DNA of 64,000 nt from Vermamoeba vermiformis (lineage: Eukaryota): positions 124,001 to 188,000 of the forward strand of contig JBEWZL010000056.1 in assembly GCA_045837725.1 (NCBI GenBank), in the 5' to 3' direction. Both the position numbers and the translations under genes were made by a program. Below, piece after piece: positions 26,890-37,753 of this stretch (the stretch's first letter is position 1; every line of letters starts with the position of its first letter). Under the pieces are notes generated by a model, which saw only the letters and a program-made list of their open reading frames with translations, searched no databases and was not told the DNA's origin.

Positions 26890-29220
26890 ATGGCTGACAG
26901 ACGAATACGTGTAATATTGAACCATTTGGTAGACACAAGCAATGAAACCGAGCAGGATGTGATGATTTCCCGCGTCAAAACAAATGACGCAGATATGTAT
27001 GGCTACATTAAATACATTAATTGGCATATAATGAGTTTGATGGTCTTATTGGCCATGTTTTCGTTTGTTTAGCTAAAAAGCAAATTTTTCTGAATTGTTT
27101 TTTCGAATTTTAATCAGATCGCAATGATACAAATCATTCTGGTCGCTTTTGTATTATGTATTATTATATTTATTATTACGGTCAAGATTTTAATGAGGCC
27201 TACTCCTTTTTCTAGCACGAGCAGCGGAGTCAAGTTCGAAGATGCAGTTCCAATTCCTGCTTGGTACGTGTTAACACTTATATAATATTAAATAACAATA
27301 ATTATATTATTAATGTATTTATTGATTGAATAAGAATTTTACAAGTCTTAATCAACATTTGTTCAAATATCTGGTCCTTTTTGCCGAGCTAAATTTCATG
27401 AATATTCGTTAATCCTCGTATTATATAATTTTAATATGAATATATTAGGCTTAAGCGACAATATCCATTCGAACGAAAAACAGCGGTGATAGATGGCATG
27501 AAAATCAATTTTGTGGACGAAGGAAAAGGTACTCATGCTAAATAATATTATTTAGTATTAATTGATTATTAAACCATAATTACCGGTAATAATAATGATT
27601 CTAATAACATAAAGGCTTTTTACCAATTGCGATCGGATCTCATGTTGCGAAACCTGACTTTCATTCTAATGACTATTAAATAGGCGATTATTGCGTAGTT
27701 TTATTCCACGGCAATCCTACATGGAGCTATTTGTACAGAAAAGTTATTGGACAGTTGTTAATGAAGAAAAATGTTCGCGTTATTGCTCCTGACATGGGTA
27801 CGTTCAAAATCGCTTCGATTTGTTATTTAGCTCTATTATAGTTATATACGATACGTATATATACCTTAATATTCTATTAGCTTTGAAATTCTCTTTAAAC
27901 TGAATGAATGCACATCCGTTACAAATTAAAAAAGTTCCCTTCCGTTGTCTAGTCTTTGTCAAACGAGATACTTTAATATTAGTTAATGATAGGAAATAGT
28001 AATAATGTGTTATATTGTGGCTACACAACGTTAATTTTCCTTATTAATAGTTGGATTTGGTTTGAGCGAAAAAGTGAACGACATTACGATTCACACGCCA
28101 GAGTTTCATACGACATTGTTCGTGAAGTTAATTGAAGCGCTCGACTTGAAGAAATTTACTGTCGTGGGCCAGGATTGGGGTGGTCCTATTGCTGCTCTTG
28201 TTGCCGCTAGATTGAAAGACAGGTACGATCTAGATCCCGATTTATTTTCTCTTTACGTTCTTAACTGATTCTTATATACATTATTTATATATCATATTAG
28301 GATCCGAAATTGAATTCTAGCTAGTTAGCAGTGATTTTTTTTTTCTTCGGGATCCGCTGACTTCTGAGAAAAATGATTTTTCTTTCAGTAATATACAATA
28401 ATTTATTGTCATAGGGTCAATGCCGCGGTCTTCATGAACACAGCAATAGTTTACCCGCGTAATTTGAGCGCGACACCGTTTCATCGGTTCTCAAACATGC
28501 CGCTCATCAGTGACTTCGTGTTCCGATTCTTCAATTTCCCAGTACCTATTATGGACCGCGTGCAAGGAATCAGATCTTCTATCGGAGCTGAAGAAAAGAA
28601 AGCATATAACTACCCGTTCCAGAAATTACGAGACAATGCTGGTACGTGTCAAGATCCAGATCTGCAACGCCAAATTTTTTTCCTCTGATTAATTATAAGA
28701 GAACTTTAGATATTTACGATACTAAATATATAATATTAATATTTTGCGACGCAGGTCCGTTAGCTTTAGCGCGCATGGTACCAGTCGGCATGAAGCATCC
28801 GAGCTTGAAATATTTCAAAGAAATGGAAGAATGGGCCACTCACTTTCAAGGCAAAGTACGTATATTGTTTGAGCATTCAATTTGAACCATTTTTTGTGCG
28901 AAACATCGCTAGGCACGACTCTTGTGCTGAAGTCACATGGATCTACCGGATCTGCCCGAATTTGAACGATGTTTATTATTACAATGGCAACATTTTATTT
29001 GTATCCAAGTACTAATTGGTGCTATTTTAAGGTCGGTATTATTTGGGGCACAAAAGATCCGATTCTCGGTCGTGCCTTCAAGCGCATGAAAGAATTGTTC
29101 CCGAACACCGTCACAGTCGTGGAAACAGACGGCGGTCATTTCTTGCAAGAAGAACATCCAGAGAAGATTGCTTCGGTCATTGCTAAGGTTACTTACGATA
29201 ATTTAGCAAGCACTATGTAA
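26890..29220 (+). CDS. Haloalkane dehalogenase/OleB-like alpha/beta hydrolase
   Basis: YPF, FHGNPTWSYLYRKVI, IAPDMVGFGLS, GQDWGGP (Asp nucleophile), IIWGTKDP, GGHFLQEE motifs across exons; PTS2-like RIRVILNHL in the first exon. Confidence 0.88.
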
Positions 29221-29336
29221 TAAAGTGGTAAGATTATTTTTTCATAATTTTTTTTATTTTTCAGAAACCAAATGAAATTCAAATTATGGGTTTTTCGGGT
29301 ATTTTTTGGATGAATAACCAAAACACCAGGAGATAA

Positions 29337-30976
29337 TTAGGCATTATTGCCCTCTTTAATCCATATTTGGTCAGTTACACCAAATATTGGTAATGTGTAA
29401 TTTGACCTTTGCTCTTGTAAAGCAGATATTGTAGCGCCTAAATCATCCACAAACACAAAATTAGTTGTTAATTCTAAGTCCTTCACAATCAGTTTTCGCA
29501 CTTCAGCAAATGTGGAGCTAATGCTGCAAATGATAGAGCCAATGTATTTAGGCTTATTTGCATTGGACCCATCATCCCAAAATATTTTAAGTCGTTTTTC
29601 ATCTCTTCTGGGAAATTCTAAGCCTTCACTAGCCTGTGTTCCACCTGGTAATTTGCTGGCAAATTTGTCGATAACTGTTCGTTTCGAGTATTCAAAGTAG
29701 CTAGTGGATGCTTTTTGGTATGCATTATCAAGGTGGGTTTGAATGGCTGTTGAATCATTTGTCAGCACTTCTGCACTGGCACTATCCTTCAAATAGTGCA
29801 GAAAAAACTGTGTCATTCTTGGTGGGCCTTTGAGTTTGTTTGCAATCTGAAAAATTGAGTACGACAACTTTACAACCTTTAAAACATTACCTCTTTGTAA
29901 TTCACCTTGGCCTCTTTGACCCTAAAAAACTGTTCTATTGTTTTTGCGACCATTTCTGCTGTAAAATTTCCAATTTGCACCGATTGTATTTTAACTTCAT
30001 TTCCTACTTTAACTCCATTACTGAGATTGATGTTGGTTCCAGTCAATACCAAGCGCATTCTTTCATTCCATATTTTGGCCCAACCAGCTGTCAGGCAAAT
30101 GAGTTTGTAGTTGGGTAAATCTTTTTGTTCCAAATTTCGCCTGTTGTTGCAACTCTTCCAATCCGCTGGAATGTCACAAAGGTATTGTAGATCATCAAGG
30201 TGCAGAACCATAACTTTGTTGTTCATTCTTTCAAGCAAGTTGTGCAACAGTGCCTGGCATGTGCTCTCTTCAACTGCAGTTGCATCTTCTAGTTCAAACT
30301 CATTTGCATCAAGAGCCCCTTCCTGTAACAAAGTAAGTATTATATGTGCTTGTTGGAAGTGCTTACTGCTTTCATAATTGATTTCCATACTGCTGCAAAC
30401 GTAGACATAACTAATTTTTCCATTTGCAGAATGAACTCTTGCTCTTTCAAGCCTGTTGGTGGTATTGGGCGATTGAAGTGATGACTGTATTGCGATAATA
30501 CGGAGCAATTTGGAGTTATTCGAACGTAGAATGCTTCTGCCTCCTTCACAGCAACGTGGATCGTAGTTGTTTTGCCCACACCAGGCGAATCAAATATTGT
30601 TAGAATACTGGCTTCTTTAGGTGGTCCAGTAATAAAGTCTACCACTTGCAACAATACATTTGACGGATAAGGGCAATAATAGGGAACCGAGATCGAGAAG
30701 TTCGCACTCGGATCTTTCATGAAGGGGAGGCCAATCGCTTTGGATAAATTAAATATTAAATTAGTAAAATAATTAAGAAATGTTCGTGCAATTGGAACCT
30801 ACGGGTCTCGACGTTGTTCGAGGGATCTGGATTTAGTTTAGAATTAATTTTATTGCAATGGCGGCAAAACAAATTTGTTACTTACGAATACTAGAGGCAT
30901 CTTTATTTTTTTTGGTGACAAAACTATCGTAATATTCTGGTTCGTCCAGCTTGCGTTTGCGAGGATTGCCGGCCAT
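29337..30976 (-). CDS. Crinkler/RHS-type P-loop NTPase with N-terminal NLS and possible C-terminal ubiquitin-like domain
   Basis: Spliced MAGNPRKRKL..LPFMKDP..; Walker A DSPGVGKTT; Walker B VLHLDDLQ; LVLTGTN; GPPR motif; C-terminal beta-grasp-like segment; CpG-poor 3' two-thirds. Confidence 0.65.
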
Positions 30977-31192
30977 TTGCAGGAAAAAGGACAAGTATTA
31001 TTCTTGGTGAACTCGAAGAAATAAAACTATTGCGTATTGTCTTTACGTTGTTTGATTGGAATAAAAAATGAAAGAAATCGCTTGTAACAAATAACGAGTT
31101 AAAAAATTTATTACTAACGTAATCTAAACTAAACTGAAAAAAACAATTGTGCGCAAATTCCGTTGCAAGACAGCAGCTACAATGTATCAAAT

Positions 31193-32211
31193 TTAAACAA
31201 CGGTGTTGGTGGGCATGACAGGAGCATCCTTGCGAAGAGTAGTGGCAGCGCGAGTCTGCTTATCAACATCACCACCGCAGCCAACGATTTGACGGCAGTT
31301 GCAGTTTTGATAGAAGAACTTGTCGAAACAGAACTCCACTTCAGCCTTCTTGTGAGAGGGGAACACAAAGTTCAATTGAAGGTTGTCCCACAAAGTGATC
31401 TTGAAGCCGAACGGTTGTGAGTACACAATGTTGCGGGCAGAGTCAGCACGGAGGCGCAAAGTGCATTGAGAGTTGTTGTCAGTGAAGTACTCGTCGTCTT
31501 GTTCGTACTCAATGGGCTTGCATTCAGAGAAGAGCTCAGTGGCGTAAGTTTGCACTTGAACACCGAAGTTTTGGCCGTCGCATCGCAAGTTGCCTATCGA
31601 TATCGATCTCGTTAGTAATACGAACTCAGAGAATAAATAGCGAAACGAAAGTCGTTTGAAAGCGTGAAATTTGTATCGCTTGACAGGTGTCATCAAGTGT
31701 CAAAAGTGTCATAAATTTAGATCGATGCAACCAACAACTGACTTACCGTGAAGTTCCAAAGCACTAATAGAAACAGACTCGATTTGATTGGAGCGCACGT
31801 TGACCAAGGCTTGGCTGCAGCGTTCGTAGACTTCGAGTTCGTAGCGCTTGTTGTGGCAAGTGTCGTACAACACACCAGTCAATTTAGCAAAGAAGTGGTC
31901 TTCGAACAAAGCTACAAACAGTAACTAGTATTAGATACGATTGTTATTAGGATCGGTGATTGTGACGTACTTGAAGTGCGTTGGAAGATGTCCATCTCGT
32001 CCCACTCAAACACCCAGCAGTTTTGACCGCAAGAGATGTTGAAGTCACGACCGCACGGCAATTCGAGGTAAGTCGTGGTGACATCGATCTGTTTGAAGCC
32101 AATAATGTTGTTGAACGATGGGTTGGACGGATTCAAGCACACATCCGTGTTGTTCGCACTGCAGCACACGACCACAAGTGCAACGAGCAATACTTGAGCG
32201 ATTCGCTTCAT
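31193..32211 (-). CDS. Secreted Cys-containing protein of unknown function (3 exons), paralogue A
   Basis: Signal peptide MKRIAQVLLVALVVVCCSA; two phase-1 GT-AG introns join the track ORFs in frame; strong TTC/AAC/TTG codon bias. Confidence 0.8.
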
Positions 32212-32750
32212 AATGTTGATGAAGAAGAGCTTGTTGTTGTTGTTTGGTTGAGATGAATTGAATCGAATGAAACGAATCTGCTTTTAAAGCTTGGTTCGGA
32301 ACTGGCAGGCCAATCAAACGGTAAAATTTATCTAAAAATTCTAGTCAATAGTTGGTCAAAAGTGAACGCATTGCTGTTCATTTCCATGGTAATTCGAATT
32401 TTGGTTGTAATTATTGGGTAATTTTAACTAATTTGTACAAATTAGTAACACGCACCTGTAACAAAACTAACTCGATAATATCACTTACCTAATTATACTC
32501 TACCGATATTGACCATTTTTTCAGGTTTCTGAGCCAGGTTTTGGAAAGAAGATCCCGATCGACAAAACTGCGAATTTTCTGGTCAAAATATCTCCATGGT
32601 TTGACAGTGCTTCATCATTGCCGCATTTCATCGTGATAGCTCTCGGTCGTGGTGCTATATTTGGCCTTGGAAAAACTATAAGAACGCATTGAAGACTGAA
32701 CATTTTTCATCTTCATCGAACACTCGACAACAACTTCTCTTCACTCGCAA

Positions 32751-33689
32751 ATGAAAACTAGTATCATAGCCTTATTAGTATTCGCACTTGTAGCCATCAG
32801 CAGTGCGAATCTCTGCCCTTCAGTGATCAATGATGGAAACAGACGCGACGAGGCACTCAACTTTGAGTACTTCTCGTTCCCTTCGTTCTATTACGGATAC
32901 TGGCCCTTCAACGTGTCTGCTAACCAACACCCCGAATTCTTGCTCCAATTCACTGAACACAACATTCAATTGTTCTCTTTCATTGGCAGTACGTAACTAG
33001 AAATTTCCTCGTACAAATTCCGAGAAATGAATGTTCTGACGTATTATTCGTACTTAGGCAACGGTGACTTGCAAATTGCCGTGTTCTGCGACGGTCGCAT
33101 CACCAACACTCAACAACAATGGTCCACTGAGTTCCACGCTTTCGGAACTTTCTCTCCTTTCGGTCTGCGCACTGTTCCTGACTTCAAGTGGGTCACCTTG
33201 TACGACATTGACATGTGCGGTAAGCATTCATTACTATAATCAATATATCAACTTGTTCACTTCTTTTATTCCTCTTCAAATTCGGATCTCGATCCATTCG
33301 ACAAAAAACTAATTTCATTCATACCATATTACACTTATAATGCGAAACGATATTTCAATTACGATAATTAACCTATTTTAATATTCATAGGTCGCACTCA
33401 AAATGGCAACCGTTTCAACATCTCGATCAGCTACGCTGACTTCTGGTCTGACTCGCCCGCTGATGACATCTGGAGCTCCAAGTCCATCGAACGCCTCCCC
33501 ATTGGCTATTGCACGCACGAACACCTCGAAGCTGGTGGCTACAACTACGTCCAATCCAAGGGCTTCTGGATCGAGTTCACTTTTGAGTGGGGTATCCTCA
33601 ACTTCTACGTGCCTGCTAACATTCCTGGCTTCATCTACAAGAACACTATTTTGGACTTCTGGGACCACTGCGAGTGCAACGTCGCCTAA
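32751..33689 (+). CDS. Secreted protein of unknown function (3 exons), paralogue B
   Basis: Signal peptide MKTSIIALLVFALVAISSA; two phase-1 introns; last exon reads GRTQNGNRF..FWDHCECNVA*; strong codon bias. Confidence 0.8.
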
Positions 33690-34102
33690 TAGAGCATTTC
33701 TCTGAAAGATCCGTTACGCGAAGCAACAAGAATAATTCGTAATTGGCTCAAATGTTCATTTTGCTGTGAATTAAGAGCCTAATACGAATATTTCTTGTTG
33801 ATTTTTCCTTTTCTTTTTAGTTTAGTCAAATAAAATTTAGGTGCAGTTTCATTTTTACTACCGATCTCGACTGATGAACACATAACCTTTATAACCGGCA
33901 CTTCATTATTACCGTATCACCATATTTTCTACTTCAGTACCAATATCAGCCAGGCAACACGAATCAATTGACTAAAAAACCCAATGTCAGTTTAGGCGAG
34001 CCTGAATATTTAGGTAAATACTCCAAAGCTAATATTTATCTGCTATCAAGACTTTATTACAATACTATCTTATTTACAACGCTTACAATATTTTTTAAAT
34101 AA

Positions 34103-35032
34103 TTAATTGATTTTGATCTTTTCGTTACATTCAATAACTTGCAATATTGAATACTCACTCCATTCGTTATAATATGTAGGATACATCGCGCAGCTATTGG
34201 TGCTAATATAATGAGTTTCGTGCCTCATCTGTTGCAACATGGGAACAAATCCATTTTCCTCGCGCTCTTTTCTTGATCTCGCTTCATGACTCTTCCCAAA
34301 GTCGGCAATGTTATCGTTATGGTTATAACATTCGCTATATCCATATTTAGTCTCACTTGGCTCACAGACAAATGTGGATGTACTCCTTGCAGATGGCGCG
34401 TGCGTACTGGATTTCAGTTCTTGCGCATTAGCCACTTGATTACCTGTTACGTTCTCGCAGTCTATCATGCACGAGTAAGTTCCATCATTATTAATAACGA
34501 CATAGTGTTGTCTAGTGCGGTATTGCCGAATCCACGCTTTGAGCTTCTGTTCAGCACTGTTCCAGCCTTTGCTTCGCTCAGCGCCATTCATGAACTGACT
34601 CAATCGCGTGGGACTATAAAGACATCGTACTATTAGAACCTTAAGGTATGTTATGATGACGGATAAATAGAACTGGGATTGGATTTTACTTTCGCTACCG
34701 CTAACTCGTAATAATTTAAAATCAATTAATTTCAGAGTCATATTAACATTTACATTATTATGTAGGTATTCTAGTGTTGCCTCATACCTGAATCCGCATT
34801 CCGTCGCAATTCGTTTTTGTGAAACGCCAGCGCGCAAAATCTGTTGCAGCTCGTTGATGAGACTGAGTGTTGGCGCCACTCTGAGCGACATCTTGTGCAT
34901 ATGAATGTCAATCGGATGTGATTTGGCATCGTCCAATCGTTGCTCTAAGCCAAGTTTCAAACGTCGTTTCTTATGTCTCGTTGCGGATGTGGCGGTGTCG
35001 TCAAGATTGGCTTCTGAATAGGTTCGTTTCAT
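34103..35032 (-). CDS. Small Cro/C1-like HTH nuclear protein, copy A (about 251 aa; intron 34614-34787)
   Basis: Spliced SQKRIATECGFSPTRLSQFMNGAERSKGWNSAEQKLKAW; NLS KKRRLK. Confidence 0.8.
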   Translation of the reverse strand: MKRTYSEANLDDTATSATRHKKRRLKLGLEQRLDDAKSHPIDIHMHKMSLRVAPTLSLINELQQILRAGVSQKRIATECGFRYEATLEYLHNNVNVNMTLKLIDFKLLRVSGSESKIQSQFYLSVIITYLKVLIVRCLYSPTRLSQFMNGAERSKGWNSAEQKLKAWIRQYRTRQHYVVINNDGTYSCMIDCENVTGNQVANAQELKSSTHAPSARSTSTFVCEPSETKYGYSECYNHNDNIADFGKSHEARSRKEREENGFVPMLQQMRHETHYISTNSCAMYPTYYNEWSEYSILQVIECNEKIKIN

Positions 35033-35366
35033 ATTATATAGAGTGCTACTTTTTATTATGACTTGTTGTATTCGACAGAGAACTGCAATGAAAATGAATT
35101 TGAGTTTAGTTTTTCTAAAAACGGCCTACTTTTTGATACTGTCGACAACCGTGGCAAAATCTGACAGATTTCGGCGGAACAATTCTCCCACGACTACCGC
35201 TTAGGTCCAAATCGTGGTGCTGGCGTGGTCGTCGTAGAATAAAAGAGCCAGGAAAGTTTCGAAGTTAGCGGTAAGTTTTTTGGTTTCGTTCTAAAATATC
35301 TATTGCTAACAGATTAATATCATAGTTCGTCGTATTAATGGGCACTTAGTACCACAAGGAACCAAA

Positions 35367-35420
35367 ATCTTTTTTTGACATATTCGGTGGATCTTTTTTT
35401 GACATGCGCGGTGGATCTTT
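35367..35420. repeat. 24-bp tandem repeat (about 2.25 copies) upstream of HTH copy A
   Basis: ATCTTTTTTTGACATATTCGGTGG / ATCTTTTTTTGACATGCGCGGTGG / ATCTTT. Confidence 0.8.
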
Positions 35421-35692
35421 CTTCCGATGCGACGATAAAAATAATCTCACGCCGTAAGTACTCCGAAACAAGTTTCACTTGCCACATAATGTTTATTTTA
35501 AATCCATCTTTCATTACATGCACTCAAAACAAACACTTTTAAGACTTTTTTTTCACATCATATCTCCGACGCTGCCCGTGTTGCGAGAGATGCTAATTAT
35601 AGACTCTGTCAAATCTGATGATGGAAATGCTGTCGTGCTGATCGATCTCGCGCTGTACAGGTCTCGTAGTCTTTGCTTCCAAGGTCCTCGTG

Positions 35693-36459
35693 TTACGCTG
35701 AAGTATGAGCATTGGACAACGAATAAGCGCCATCCAGGGTGTCGAATAAGGTGTTGTGGTTGGTACCAGTGTTATTATAGTAGTGATAAATAGAGGCCCA
35801 GGACGGCTGCACTAATCCATCGACGCCAGCATGGTTGTCCGGACACGTGGAATGTGCATCCGTGTCTGACATCTGAAAAGAAAAGGATGAACTGGATGTG
35901 CCGTCAAATGGCTCAAACTGGTCGACGCATGACGAATTATAGTGCTCGGTTTTAAATTCTGCGAGACGACGTTGCTTGTCCCTGAACAGGCAAATCCACT
36001 CTTTGATGGTCTGTTCAACTGCGTCCCAGCCTTTGACGCGCCCCGCGCAATTCATAAATTGGCTCATCATAGTACTGCTGCAGACGAGAAGGATGTAAGT
36101 ACACTACTATATACAAGTAAGGATAGAAATTTAAATTTCTTAATAATCCGGATTTCGTTAGGTTTAAAACTCGAAGTGTGTCCAAGTCAGTTGGGCCTAT
36201 ATTAAAGTTATTAATTTAACGCTTACCTAATTCCACATTCATAGGCGAGCTGTTTTTGAGTAATGACGCCTGTCATCACGATCTGTTTCACTTCGTTGAT
36301 TAGTGCTGCATTTGGAACTTTCTTAGTATTCTTGGGGATGGATATGAAAGGTACGTGACCCATAAATACCATATTTTGATCATTCAACCCGATCCTCTCT
36401 TTTTTGTTTCGACCGCTTTTTCGGTCCTTCAGATTCGCTACGGAACATTTACGTTTCAT
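35693..36459 (-). CDS. Small Cro/C1-like HTH nuclear protein, copy B (about 205 aa; intron 36078-36226)
   Basis: Spliced TQKQLAYECGISSTMMSQFMNCAGRVKGWDAVEQTIKEW; MKRK start. Confidence 0.8.
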
Positions 36460-36902
36460 TTATGGGCACTTCAGTGTTCTTATATGTTAAGGCAAAATGT
36501 ATAGTCTGCCATTTTGGATAAATGCATCGAACGAGCTTTGAAATTGCCTTAAATGGCCATAATTTGAAACGAAACAAAAATTAAGTTTTTTCTGGTAATG
36601 GATTAACGCAATAAGGGATAACGCTGATATGGCGCACGGATATTTGCGGCGTAAGAAATTTCATCGAACTTAGCCAAGTAAGGCTAAGAATATTTATAAA
36701 TTTAACGCAGTATTTTTAGGTCTCCGGAAGCACACATCCAGCATTTTATGTTTTTGGATCAAATCTTGCTTGTAACCCTTGATTTGCGGAAATATCCATC
36801 GGATAAAGGTATTCAAAGGGGCGGTGCTCTATTGGAGTTGATTTCATTTGAAATTGATTTACTATTTACATTTATACAGATTCGATTGGTTACAAAATTG
36901 TT

Positions 36903-37753
36903 TCAAGCAGTTGTTTCCAAAACTTGACTATAGCTGTTATCGCTCCACGACTCAGGGCTATTCATGACTTCCCAATCGTAACAACTTCCTTCGCCCCAGA
37001 TTTCAAAATTGGAGAAAGTGTCGGCAGCATTTCCGGCGACCTGAGGTTCAGCGGTAATCGATGTACTTGAAGAGTACTGGCTGCATGCAATCTCGTAAGT
37101 CTCTTGCGTATGTTCCGAGACTGAAGCAGATTGTGCGCTCGAAACCGAAAGTTGTGGATGTGAGAGGATTTTAGGTTGGCTATAGAACTGAGAAGAAGGA
37201 TTGTAGACATTGGTGACACTAACTTGATTCATATTGGAATATAGTGATGTGATGGGCGAGACTTTGCAAGCGAGATCGGACTGCAGATCGATCGAGTTGT
37301 TGTTGTGTCGCTTGAAATTGGCCAGCCAATCAGCAACTGTTCGCTCGACGACCTCCCAGCCCTTGTTTCTTCCCGCGCAATTCATAAACTGGCTCATCTT
37401 GGTTTGACTATTGGATGAAACAAACGTTAGAAAATTTTTTTGTGAGATGCACGCGGATCAAAAGGTGAGGCAAGATTTAATTTATTTTATGAAAGATTAA
37501 GAATATCTTACCTCAGGCCACACTCTCTAGCAACTTGTTTTTGGGATTTGACGCCGGTAAGCAAGATCTGTTTCACACTGCGGACCAACTGCATGTCGGG
37601 TGCCTTCTTCATGCATGTAGGTAACGACATGAGTGGCAACATGCCATTGAACATGAGTTCTTCGATAGTAGTGAAGCGCGCTCGTTTGTTGGGCGATTGC
37701 AGCATCGGCTCTACATCCAGACCAGCACTCGCGGCAGTTCGTTTCAGCGACAT
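36903..37753 (-). CDS. Small Cro/C1-like HTH nuclear protein, copy C (about 248 aa; intron 37408-37511)
   Basis: Spliced SQKQVARECGLSQTKMSQFMNCAGRNKGWEVVERTVADW; bipartite NLS KR..KRAR. Confidence 0.8.

Noticed and set aside
33403-33705. Ser/Thr-rich 100-aa ORF resembling a mucin
   Set aside because: Wrong frame of the last exon of secreted paralogue B
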